A program made the position numbers and the translations under genes. Positions 8,432-17,111 of a stretch of 64,000 nucleotides of DNA are shown in pieces. The notes under the pieces are model-generated. The model had not been told where the DNA came from and did no database searches. It was given only the letters and a program-made list of their open reading frames with translations. Origin of the DNA: Candidatus Deferrimicrobiaceae bacterium (GTDB lineage Bacteria > Desulfobacterota > Deferrimicrobia > Deferrimicrobiales > Deferrimicrobiaceae). Within the stretch, counting starts at the first letter, position 1, and each line of letters starts with the position of its first letter. Location: NCBI GenBank assembly GCA_963792415.1, contig CAWBVY010000004.1, positions 1,167 to 65,166 on the forward strand. Reading direction: 5' to 3'.

Positions 8432-11400
8432 ATGAAGGTCGTCATCACGCTCTCCCCGCGGGACTACGACGCGGTCCTGTTCGATCTCGACGGGGTGCTG
8501 ACCCGGACGGCGAGTGTGCATGCCTCGGCCTGGAAAAAGCTGTTCGACGGTTTTCTCGAGCAGCGCTCCACCCGGACAGGCGAGCCGTATGTCCCCTTCG
8601 ACATCGCCGCCGACTACCCGCGCTACGTCGACGGCAAGCCGCGGTACGACGGCGTGGCGGCCTTCCTCGCGTCACGCGGAATCGAATTGCCGTTGGGTGC
8701 GCCCGAAGACGGCCCCGACGTGCAAAGCGTGAGCGCGCTGGGCAATCTGAAGGACGAATATTTCCTGAAACACCTGGAGCGGCACGGCGTCGATCCCTAT
8801 GAAGCGGCGATCGCGCTAGTACGCAAACTCCGGGCGCAGGAGGTCAAGACCGCCGTCGTGTCCTCCAGCAACAACTGCGAGGCGGTGCTGGAGGCGGCGG
8901 GTATCGCGCAGCTGTTCGACACGCGGGTGGACGGGACGGACGTCACCCGCCTCGAGCTCAAGGGGAAGCCGGCACCGGATGCTTTCGTGGAGGCGGCACG
9001 GCGCGTCGGTGCGGAACCTTCGCGTTCCGTCGTCGTGGAGGACGCGATCGCCGGCGTCGAGGCGGGACGCGCCGGCCGATTCGGGTGCGTCATCGGCGTC
9101 GATCGCAGGGGACACGCGCAGGCGTTGCGCGATGCCGGCGCCGATGTCGTGGTGAGTGATCTGGCGCAAGTTCGGGTGGCGGTGGAACCGGCATCCGCGT
9201 GGTCGCTGGTGTACGAGAGCTTCGACCCGGCGCGCGAGGGTATCCGCGAATCCTTGTGCACCCTGGGGAATGGCTATTTCGCGACGCGCGGTGCCTCCCC
9301 CGGAGCGGTGGCGGACGGCATTCACTATCCGGGGACCTACCTCGCCGGGGGCTACAACCGGTTGCGCACCGATCTCGCCGGTCACGTGGTCGAGAACGAG
9401 GATCTCGTGAATTTCCCCAACGGGTTCGCGCTCGGGTTCCGCATCGCCGGACAGGACTGGTTCGATGCACGAACCGTCAAGCTCCTGTCGTACCGCCAGG
9501 AGCTCGACCTGAGGCGCGGCATGCTGTTTCGAAGCATACGCTTCGAGGACGGCCAGGGGCGGCGCAGCACCCTCGAGGAGCGACGCCTGGTCTCGATGGG
9601 CGACATGCACCTGGGCGCGCTGGAACTGTCGTTGACCGCCGAAAACTGGTCCGGAAACGTGACGGTCCGCTCGGCGATCGACGGACGCGTCGTCAACGCG
9701 GGCGCGAAGCTGTACCGCAAGTTCAACAACAAGCACCTGGAGCCGCTGGCAAGCGAATTCGTCGGCGAGGACAGCGTGTTCCTGCTGGTGCGCACCAGCC
9801 AGTCGAATCTTCATGTCGCGCAGGCGGCCCGGACGAGAGCGACCCTCGACGGACAGCTTCTCGAGGGTCGACGCCGGGGTATCGAGGAGCCGGGGTACAT
9901 CGCCCAGGAACTGGAGGTCGACGTCGGGCAAGGCGGGACGCTGGTGCTGGAGAAGCTTGTCTCCTTCTACTCCTCGCGCGATCACGCCATTTCGGAGTGC
10001 GGGCTGGAGGCGCGCAAGGCGATCGCGCGCGCGGGTCGCTTCGACGCCGTGATGGCGGCCCATGTCCTGGCCTGGAAACACTTGTGGCGCCGCTTCGACG
10101 TGCATATCCGACCGGCGGATCCCGGGTTCAAGTTGAACGTCCCGATGCTGCTTCGGCTGAACATGTTCCACCTGCTGCAAGGCGTATCGCCCAACTCCAT
10201 CGGTATCGATATCGGCGCACCCCCGCGGGGCTGGACCGGGGAAGCGTACCAGGGCCATATTTTCTGGGATGAACTGTTCATCTTCCCGTTTTTCAACTAT
10301 CGAATGCCGGAAATCACCCGATCGCTTCTGATGTATCGCTACCGGCGCCTGGGCGAGGCGCGCGCCGCCGCCGCGGCTGCCGGATACAAGGGAGCGATGT
10401 TCCCCTGGCAGAGCGGAAGCGACGGTCAGGAAGAGACCCAGGCGCTCAACCTGAACCCGCGCTCGCAGCGGTGGATGCCCGACAACACCTACCTGCAGCG
10501 CCACGTGAACAGTGCCATCGCCCATAACGTCTGGCAGTACTTCCAGGTCACTCACGACGTCGAGTTTCTTCAGCACTACGGCGCGGAGCTGATCCTCGAT
10601 ATCGCCCGCTTCTGGTCGAACATCGCGAGCTTTGATGACGAGCGCGGGCGCTACGAGATCCACGGCGTGATGGGCCCTGACGAGTTTCACGACGGCTATC
10701 CGGATGCCGCGTCGCCCGGTCTCAAGAACAACGCCTATACCAACATCATGGCCGTGTGGGTGCTGTGCCGGGCACTGGACGTGCTCGGCCTGCTGCCCGA
10801 CATTCGTCGCTCCGAGCTCACGACCCGGCTTGCCTTGTCGGCGGAAGAGATCGCGCGCTGGGACGATATCAGTCGCAGGATGTATGTGCCGTTCCATGAC
10901 GACGGGATCATCAGCCAGTTCGAGGGCTACGATGAATTGCGTGAGCTCGATTGGGAGGATTACCGGACCCGGTACGGCAACATTCAGCGTCTCGATCTCA
11001 TCCTCGAGGCGGAGAACGACAGCGCCAACCGCTACAAGCTCTCGAAGCAGGCCGACGTGCTGATGCTGTTCTACCTGTTTTCCTCCGAGGAATTGGGGGA
11101 GCTGTTCGCGCGTCTGGACTATCCGTTCGAATACGAGACCATTCCGCGAAACGTCGCCTACTATGCAAGCCGCTCCTCCCACGGTTCCACGCTGAGTCGT
11201 GTGACAACTTCCTGGGTCCTGGCACGTTCCGACCGGCCGCGTTCGATGAGCTTCTTCGCGGAGGCTTTGCAGAGCGACGTGAGCGATGTCCAGCAGGGCA
11301 CCACCGCGGAGGGCGTCCACCTCGGCGCCATGGCGGGTACGGTCGATCTGGTGCAGCGGGTATCGACGGGTATCGAAGTCAGAGGCGATGTTCTGCGGCT

Positions 11401-11617
11401 CAATCCGGAATTGCCGCGGGAGATGGAGCGCCTCGACATGCGCATCCGCTACCGCGGGCATTCACTCGACCTGCGGCTGACGCGCGACTCGCTCAGGGTC
11501 CGCGGGCATGATGGCGCGGCGCCGCCGATCACCTTGAGTGTCGACGGCAAGGTCTGCGAATTCGTCAGCGGCACGACCCGATGGTTTCGATTGAACGACG
11601 AGGCAACGGTCGGCTGA
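8432..11617 (+). CDS. Fusion of a beta-phosphoglucomutase-family HAD hydrolase with a GH65 glycoside-hydrolase-family phosphorylase (trehalose/maltose/kojibiose-phosphorylase type).
   Basis: N-terminal HAD motifs (VLFDLDGVLT ... KGKPAPD ... VVVEDAIAGVEAG), then GH65 N-terminal, catalytic (a/a)6 and C-terminal domains (FWDELFIFPFFNYRMPEITRSLLMYRYRRL). 1061 aa. Good RBS AGGAGG. Confidence 0.85.
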   Translation: MKVVITLSPRDYDAVLFDLDGVLTRTASVHASAWKKLFDGFLEQRSTRTGEPYVPFDIAADYPRYVDGKPRYDGVAAFLASRGIELPLGAPEDGPDVQSVSALGNLKDEYFLKHLERHGVDPYEAAIALVRKLRAQEVKTAVVSSSNNCEAVLEAAGIAQLFDTRVDGTDVTRLELKGKPAPDAFVEAARRVGAEPSRSVVVEDAIAGVEAGRAGRFGCVIGVDRRGHAQALRDAGADVVVSDLAQVRVAVEPASAWSLVYESFDPAREGIRESLCTLGNGYFATRGASPGAVADGIHYPGTYLAGGYNRLRTDLAGHVVENEDLVNFPNGFALGFRIAGQDWFDARTVKLLSYRQELDLRRGMLFRSIRFEDGQGRRSTLEERRLVSMGDMHLGALELSLTAENWSGNVTVRSAIDGRVVNAGAKLYRKFNNKHLEPLASEFVGEDSVFLLVRTSQSNLHVAQAARTRATLDGQLLEGRRRGIEEPGYIAQELEVDVGQGGTLVLEKLVSFYSSRDHAISECGLEARKAIARAGRFDAVMAAHVLAWKHLWRRFDVHIRPADPGFKLNVPMLLRLNMFHLLQGVSPNSIGIDIGAPPRGWTGEAYQGHIFWDELFIFPFFNYRMPEITRSLLMYRYRRLGEARAAAAAAGYKGAMFPWQSGSDGQEETQALNLNPRSQRWMPDNTYLQRHVNSAIAHNVWQYFQVTHDVEFLQHYGAELILDIARFWSNIASFDDERGRYEIHGVMGPDEFHDGYPDAASPGLKNNAYTNIMAVWVLCRALDVLGLLPDIRRSELTTRLALSAEEIARWDDISRRMYVPFHDDGIISQFEGYDELRELDWEDYRTRYGNIQRLDLILEAENDSANRYKLSKQADVLMLFYLFSSEELGELFARLDYPFEYETIPRNVAYYASRSSHGSTLSRVTTSWVLARSDRPRSMSFFAEALQSDVSDVQQGTTAEGVHLGAMAGTVDLVQRVSTGIEVRGDVLRLNPELPREMERLDMRIRYRGHSLDLRLTRDSLRVRGHDGAAPPITLSVDGKVCEFVSGTTRWFRLNDEATVG

Positions 11618-11680
11618 TACGACGGAAGAAGTGACCCACAGGATCGCCGGGACGGTCGTGGCGATGGTCCTGTATTTACT

Positions 11681-12355
11681 GTGAGGTTTTTTGTGCTGGA
11701 TACGAACCGAAAATGGATTGCTTCCCTCGCAGCGGCATTCCTGCTTCTGTGCGCCCCTCTTCTCTCCGCGGGTGGGGATAACACCCCCATGACCCCACCG
11801 GGCCAGGTGGCGGGGAGGGCGCCGGCAATCGTACCGGGAACGGAGCGCGTCTCCGAGCGTCTCTTCGGTCTCGCGGGACTCAGCAACGTCGGCCGCGTGG
11901 CCAACGGAATCTTCCGGGGCGCCCAGCCGGAACCGGAAGGATACGCCACTCTCAAGGCGATGGGCGTCAGGACGGTGGTCAACCTTCGCACGCGTCACGG
12001 GGAGAGGAAGGCGGTCGAGGCGGCGGGGATGCGGTATGTCGAGATCCCGATGAGTTTTTGGAGGGATGTCGACCCGGCGGTGGTGCGGTTGGTGCTGACG
12101 GTGATGACCGACCCGGCGAGCCAGCCCGTATTCGTCCATTGCTCCCGCGGGGCGGACCGCACGGGAGTGGTGGCGGCGGTCTACCGGATGGAGGTCGACG
12201 GGTGGAGCGAAGCGGAGGCGGAGGCGGAGATGGAGGCGTTCGGCTTCCACGGGATCTGGTCCCAGCTCAAGGAGTACGTTCGCAGGTACCCGGGAGTCCC
12301 CGAGGAGGTCCGGGAAGAGGTTCGGGATGAGATGAAGGCCGGAGACGGCCCGTAA
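11681..12355 (+). CDS. Secreted protein-tyrosine / dual-specificity phosphatase family protein.
   Basis: Signal peptide; CX5R P-loop VHCSRGADRTG. 224 aa. GTG start inferred. Confidence 0.7.
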   Translation: MRFFVLDTNRKWIASLAAAFLLLCAPLLSAGGDNTPMTPPGQVAGRAPAIVPGTERVSERLFGLAGLSNVGRVANGIFRGAQPEPEGYATLKAMGVRTVVNLRTRHGERKAVEAAGMRYVEIPMSFWRDVDPAVVRLVLTVMTDPASQPVFVHCSRGADRTGVVAAVYRMEVDGWSEAEAEAEMEAFGFHGIWSQLKEYVRRYPGVPEEVREEVRDEMKAGDGP

Positions 12356-12503
12356 ATCCATAAGGGGTGGGGGTTCGGCCGATGACGGGAGGAGGATCGA
12401 AGGCGGGGGGGGTGCTCGTCCTCTCGGCGGCGGCCGACGTCGTGTCCCAGGTCTCCGGGGCGATTTCCTGGCCAAAGGACCTCTCTAAGCCTCCCGCGGC
12501 CCC

Positions 12504-13352
12504 ATGATCCTGCTCGGCATCCTTTCGACGGTCGCGGCGCTGGCCTGGCTCTGGCGGTGGCTCGTGCGCCACGAAGCCGGTGTGCGGCACCGGTGGGCGG
12601 AGCTTGCCACCCATCCACGGGTCACCGCTCTTCGCACCCGGTTCCCGTCCCAGATCGCTTTCCTCCAGGCGCGCCTCTCGCCAGCCGGATTCCTCGGGCT
12701 CGACCTGACCACCGGGGCCATCATCCTCATTGGCGCCAGCTGGATTTTCGGAAAGGTCGCCGAGGACGTGGTCACGGGCGATCCGCTCACCGTCGTGGAC
12801 AGGGAAATCGCCGTGTGGCTGCACCTTCACGCCACGCCGACCCTCACCGAAGCCATGAAGTTCCTCTCCCTGCTCGCCTCGTTGCCGGTGGTGACGGGCA
12901 TCTGCCTGTTCATGGTGGCATACTTCGTCCGGGAGCGTTCCCGCTTCCATCTCCTGGCGCTGCTGCTGACCATCCCCATCGGCATGTTGATGAACACGAT
13001 GCTGAAATACGCGTTTCATCGTTCGCGGCCGGCCTGGGACGATCCCATCCTTATGATTGGAAGCTTCAGTTTCCCCAGCGGTCACGCGATGGCGGCGACA
13101 CTGCTCTACGGTTTTCTGGCCGCATTCGTCGTAAGGAAGGTGCAGGCCTGGCGATGGCGGGTGCTGACGGTGCTTGCCTCCGGCCTGCTGATCGTGCTGA
13201 TCGGCTTCAGCCGCCTTTACCTTGGCGTTCATTACTTGAGCGATGTGCTCGCAGGCATGGCGGCAGGGTCGGCGTGGCTTGCGCTTTGCTGGATCGCCGT
13301 GGGAGCCCTCCGGCGTCATCGGGGCCAAGGGCAAGGGGCCGGATCAACGTAA
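12504..13352 (+). CDS. PAP2-family lipid phosphatase (integral membrane).
   Basis: KxxxxxxRP ... SFPSGHAMAA ... SRLYLGVHYLSDVLAG; six TM segments. Confidence 0.85.
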   Translation: MILLGILSTVAALAWLWRWLVRHEAGVRHRWAELATHPRVTALRTRFPSQIAFLQARLSPAGFLGLDLTTGAIILIGASWIFGKVAEDVVTGDPLTVVDREIAVWLHLHATPTLTEAMKFLSLLASLPVVTGICLFMVAYFVRERSRFHLLALLLTIPIGMLMNTMLKYAFHRSRPAWDDPILMIGSFSFPSGHAMAATLLYGFLAAFVVRKVQAWRWRVLTVLASGLLIVLIGFSRLYLGVHYLSDVLAGMAAGSAWLALCWIAVGALRRHRGQGQGAGST

Positions 13353-13383
13353 ATCGTCGTTCCGGCCCCTCGCCCCCGTGCCC

Positions 13384-13698
13384 CTATTTCACAATCAGAT
13401 TGTTCTTCACCGATTTGACACCACCGACACCGCGGGCGACCTCTCCTGCCTTTTGTTTGGCCTCTGCCGAATCGACAAACCCGCTCAACTGGACTTCCCC
13501 TTTGAACGTCTCGACATTGATCTGGAACACTTTCAGGGCGGAATCACCCAATATTGCGGATTTCACCTTGGTCGTGATCGCCGAGTCATCGATGTACTCG
13601 CCGGTGCCCTCTTTTTTTGGCGTGGAAGCGCACCCCACGAATACGGTGATCAACGCGATGCAGACCAGGAAACTCAAAATGCGATGCCTTTTTACCAT
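13384..13698 (-). CDS. BON-domain lipoprotein (OsmY-like).
   Basis: Lipobox FVGCAS; the BON region carries KSAILGDSALKVFQINVETFKGEVQLSGFVDSAEAKQKAGEVARGVGGVKSVKNNLIV. Confidence 0.85.
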   Translation of the reverse strand: MVKRHRILSFLVCIALITVFVGCASTPKKEGTGEYIDDSAITTKVKSAILGDSALKVFQINVETFKGEVQLSGFVDSAEAKQKAGEVARGVGGVKSVKNNLIVK

Positions 13699-13730
13699 GA
13701 TCCTCTCTCCTATCGTCCAGGGTTGGGACC

Positions 13731-13949
13731 TTATTTCTTCATGGGCACAAGAAGCAGTGCCGCGCCGGCCGCGATCGCCGCCACGCCTGCCCAGGCGGGG
13801 ACGTTGACCGTCTCCTTTTCCTGTACAGACAGATTGATCGGTCCCAGTTTGGCGTCGTGGGTCTCCTTGGTGTAGCTGAACTTTCCGTACACCACCCCCA
13901 GGAGGCCGGCCACGATCAATGCGATGGCCAAGATCCTGATTCCGCTCAT
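13731..13949 (-). CDS. Small 2-TM membrane protein (hypothetical).
   Basis: 72 aa with hydrophobic N- and C-terminal helices, operonic with the BON and lmo0937-family genes. Confidence 0.5.
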   Translation of the reverse strand: MSGIRILAIALIVAGLLGVVYGKFSYTKETHDAKLGPINLSVQEKETVNVPAWAGVAAIAAGAALLLVPMKK

Positions 13950-13999
13950 CTCGTCTCCTTCCTGCCAGGATCCGCCGCAGAGAAGCGTTCCCGGACCAC

Positions 14000-14149
14000 T
14001 ACACGACCCTTCGTCCCTGAATTACATTGATCAGCACCACCACGACCGCGATGACCAGGAGAACGTGAATGAATCCGCCCATCGTGTACGAAGTGACCAA
14101 ACCCAGCGCCCAAAGGACAAGCAGGATAACGGCGATGGTCCAGAGCATT
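14000..14149 (-). CDS. lmo0937-family small membrane protein.
   Basis: A 49-aa ORF not present in the ORF track: MLWTIAVILLVLWALGLVTSYTMGGFIHVLLVIAVVVVLINVIQGRRVV. RBS GGGAGGAGG. Matches the lmo0937/DUF5670 signature MLWTI..LL..W..G...GG.IH.LLVIA. Confidence 0.75.
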
Positions 14150-14297
14150 TTTCGTCACCTCCTCCCGTGAGCCGGAAACGTACATTTACCGCATGCATCC
14201 CATATTGATACTTCCCGACGGCCATCGGTATCGGCATCTGTCCGAAATGCGAGCCGATGTTTGTCTGATTCCCGGCACGGTGTTTGTCCTAATCGGC
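14150..14297 (-). repeat. Copy D of the conserved upstream element (core 14223-14297), reading toward the lmo0937-family gene.
   Basis: CCATCGGTATCGGCATCTGTCCGAAATGCGAGCCGATGTTTGTCTGATTCCCGGCACGGTGTTTGTCCTAATCGG. Confidence 0.8.
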
Positions 14298-14628
14298 CGG
14301 AAGTTCCCCCCCGACCTTCGGCGTCGTCACCTCCACCACATTGGAGGGCGACGATCCGCCGAAGGCGTTCCTTGCAAAAACCCGGTAGCGGTAGGTCGTG
14401 CAAGGATCTACGGACCCGTCGCGGAAGGCCGCGATACGCGGCCCCACCTTGCCAATCTCCACAAATTGCGTACGAGGGCTGTGACAGTCTTCTCGCTCGA
14501 CGCGGAACCCGAGTCCGACGGCCCCGCATTCGGTCCACGCCAGAAGCACCTCGCAACCGCCAGCGGCGACCGCCACCAGATCGACTGGTGCGGAAGGAAG
14601 GGCGCGACGCGAAGATCGATTAGCCATT
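14289..14628 (-). CDS. Small fibronectin type-III domain protein.
   Basis: LLAWTECGAVGLGFRVERED ... YRYRVFARNAFGGSSPSNVVEVTT (FN3 beta-sandwich signature). I chose the ATG at 14628 (RBS AAAGGAGGAAGA) over the ATG at 14720, which lies inside the repeat. Confidence 0.6.
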
Positions 14629-14795
14629 CTTCCTCCTTTCGCTCCGGCAAGTACAGATCGTGAAAACCCGGCCCGTCTGGCGAGGAAATCATCCTGTGGG
14701 TAGCATCTCCTGGAAAGCATGCGGGACGGAACAGGGATCCGTCCGAAAAGCGGACCTCAGTTTGTCTGATTCTTCGCCCGGTGTTTGTCCTATGG
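14629..14795 (-). repeat. Copy E of the conserved upstream element (core ~14722-14795; left arm degenerate), reading toward the FN3 gene.
   Basis: ...GTCCGAAAAGCGGACCTCAGTTTGTCTGATTCTTCGCCCGGTGTTTGTCCTATGG. Confidence 0.7.
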
Positions 14796-14821
14796 CGGGA
14801 AGGGGCGCCGGAGGGTACGGA

Positions 14822-15454
14822 TCAATCCACCAGCTTGTTCTGGATGGCGTAATGGGTTATTTCCGCGTTGTTCTTCATCCTCGTCTTCAGCAGGATGTTG
14901 GTCCGATAGCTGCTGATCGTCTTCGCGCTCAGGCATAACTCCTTGGCGATCGCACCGACGGGTTTTCCGGAGGCAATCATCAGCATCACCTGGTATTCAC
15001 GGTCCGACAGAATTTCGTGGAGCGGTTTTTCCGAGTCGATATCTAATTCGCCCGCCAGGATTTCGGCGAGCGTGCTACTGATGTATCTCTCGCCTTTCAG
15101 CGCTTTCCGGACCGCAAGGACCAGCTCGTCACCCGCGCATTCCTTCGTGAGGTACCCGGAGGCGCCTCCGCGCATGGCACGTATCGCAAACTGTTCCTCC
15201 GGGTGCATGCTGAGGATCAGGACGGGGAGCTTCGGCTTGTGCTGCTTGATCTCCTTCAATACGTCCAATCCGCTCTTCCCGGGCATCTTGATGTCCAGCA
15301 CGACCAGGTCGTATTCACTCTTCAAGACCTTGCCCAACGCTTCCTGACCGTTGCTCGCCTCGGCGACCGTGATGGGCTGGAGGGTCTCCGCAAGCACCTT
15401 CACCAATCCTTTACGTACGATTTCATGGTCATCGGCGACCAGTAATCTAAGCAT
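14822..15454 (-). CDS. NarL/LuxR-family response regulator (REC + HTH_LuxR).
   Basis: LLVADDHEIVRKG ... LDIKMPGKSG ... LSDREYQVMLMIASGKPVGAIAKELCLSAKTISSYRTNILLK. Confidence 0.9.
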   Translation of the reverse strand: MLRLLVADDHEIVRKGLVKVLAETLQPITVAEASNGQEALGKVLKSEYDLVVLDIKMPGKSGLDVLKEIKQHKPKLPVLILSMHPEEQFAIRAMRGGASGYLTKECAGDELVLAVRKALKGERYISSTLAEILAGELDIDSEKPLHEILSDREYQVMLMIASGKPVGAIAKELCLSAKTISSYRTNILLKTRMKNNAEITHYAIQNKLVD

Positions 15455-16487
15455 TCGCGGTCGCCCCTTCTCTATCGGGAAGTGTCACTCTTACCGAGGT
15501 CCCCTCGCCTGGTTTCCCACGGATTACGACTTCACCTCCGAGTAGCCGGACGCGTTCCCGAATCCCGATGAGGCCAAACGATTTGGGACCGGCACTCCGC
15601 CCTTCGGTGATCCCGATTCCGTTGTCACTCACCTCCACGATCAGGGTATGGTCCTTCTTCTTCAAGCTCACGTTCACCTGTGACGCCGCGGCATGGCGCA
15701 TGACATTGGTCAGTGCCTCCTGAACGATGCGGAAGATCGCCGTGGCGCGGACGGTGTCGGAGATCTTATCCACTCCCTGTATGGCAACTTTGCAGCCGGT
15801 CCCTGTCCGTTTCTGGAATTCCTTCGACATCCATTCAATTGCGGCGACCACGCCGAGTTCATCCAGGACCCCGGGCCTCAGGTCGGTCGCAATCTTTCGC
15901 ATCGTCCGGATGATCCGGTTTATAGCGCGTTCGTTTTCTTGAATTTTCCCGGCCTGCCCGGCATGTCCGCCGGAGACCAGGCTTCTTCTTGTCAACGAGA
16001 GATCTATTTTCAGGGCCGTCAACGCCTGTCCCAGTTCATCGTGGATTTCGCGAGAGATTCGCGTCCGTTCTTCCTCGAGCTGGGATTGCAGACGATCCGA
16101 GAGGAAGCGCAACCGCTCGCGGGAATTCCTGATCTCCTCCTCTGCGCGCTTCCCCTCGTCGAGCATCTTCTTCATGAGCCGGTTCGCCACCAACAGCTCG
16201 GCCGTCCGCTCCTCGACGCGTCTTTCCAACTCCTTGCTGGCGTTGGCCAAGATCTCTTCTACTTTATGGCGTGGGGTGATGTCGCGAATGTTGCATTGAA
16301 TCACTTTCGTGCTGTTCTCCTGGTAGACGTTGCTGACAAACTCGACATACCTGCGCTCGCGCCCTTTGGTTTCCAGCGGCAGGTTGTCGTAACGGATATA
16401 CTCCTTCCTCTGCAATCTCCTGAAAGCGCCCCGGCTGGCCTTGATATCCCTGAATGGGCCGATTTCCCAGAGCATCTTGCCGAGCAA
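15447..16487 (-). CDS. Cytoplasmic PAS sensor histidine kinase (HisKA_3 + HATPase_c). The N-terminal region appears frameshifted; it would extend to ~16782.
   Basis: H-box REIHDELGQALTALK; N/G boxes (TNVMRHAAASQV, DNGIGI, GLIGIRERV). Upstream in a +1 frame are the rest of the PAS N-cap (ERNRIREALNASEIRYRRVFETAKDGILILDARTGRITDANPFLQELLGYSRAELLGK) and a coiled-coil start MPSKTKSHLMEENATLRARLADLEDKL with a strong RBS at 16782. Confidence 0.8.
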   Translation of the reverse strand: MLGKMLWEIGPFRDIKASRGAFRRLQRKEYIRYDNLPLETKGRERRYVEFVSNVYQENSTKVIQCNIRDITPRHKVEEILANASKELERRVEERTAELLVANRLMKKMLDEGKRAEEEIRNSRERLRFLSDRLQSQLEEERTRISREIHDELGQALTALKIDLSLTRRSLVSGGHAGQAGKIQENERAINRIIRTMRKIATDLRPGVLDELGVVAAIEWMSKEFQKRTGTGCKVAIQGVDKISDTVRATAIFRIVQEALTNVMRHAAASQVNVSLKKKDHTLIVEVSDNGIGITEGRSAGPKSFGLIGIRERVRLLGGEVVIRGKPGEGTSVRVTLPDREGATANA

Positions 16488-16940
16488 CTCTGCGCGGGAA
16501 TACCCCAGCAGTTCCTGGAGGAAGGGGTTTGCGTCGGTGATCCGTCCCGTTCGCGCGTCCAGGATGAGGATGCCGTCTTTTGCCGTCTCGAAGACTCGCC
16601 GGTAGCGAATTTCGGAAGCATTCAGCGCCTCCCGGATCCGATTGCGCTCGGCAATCCTCGATCTCCGGCAGTTCCCCTCCGTTGACGGAGGATCGGTTGG
16701 TCAACTTGTCTTCCAGGTCGGCCAGGCGCGCCCGCAAGGTGGCATTCTCTTCCATGAGGTGGGATTTCGTTTTGGATGGCATCTCCACCTCCCAAGTACG
16801 GGTGTGTCCTTCCGCCAATTGCAGGTACCTTAATTATTGTAGCAAGACAATCTCATCTCCACCTCCTCCTTCCACGAGCCGCGGCTCCGATCGATCTCCC
16901 GATTCGATCGGAGAGGATGGGACCTTCTTTACCCTATTAC

Positions 16941-17111
16941 CCATAGGACAACCACCGGTCCGAAAATCAGACAAACAGCGGGACGCGATTCGGACAGAAG
17001 CCGATACCGAAGGCAGGCGGGCAGGACTAACGTATTGGAAAGACGAGAATACCTGCACCTGCCGGTTGAAGGACGAGGAAAAGGGGAGCGTGGTTTCACG
17101 ATGATGCAATC
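16941..17111 (+). repeat. Copy F of the conserved upstream element (core 16941-17013 plus leader), reading toward the 17112 small ORF and cgs.
   Basis: CCATAGGACAACCACCGGtccgaAAATCAGACAAACAGCGggacgcgaTTCGGACAGAAGCCGATACCGAAGG. Leader ...GTATTGGAAAGACGAGAATACC...CCGGTTGAAGGACGAGGAAAAGGGGAGcgtggtttcacgATGATG is near-identical to copy A. Confidence 0.8.

Noticed and set aside
8816-11461. 881-aa minus-strand ORF antisense to the HAD-GH65 gene
   Set aside because: No domain-like sequence. Overlaps a confidently identified GH65 coding frame.
1349-17111. Repeat copies as a CRISPR array
   Set aside because: Copies are 3-10 kb apart, in mixed orientation and each tied to a gene start. There is no regular repeat-spacer periodicity and no cas genes.
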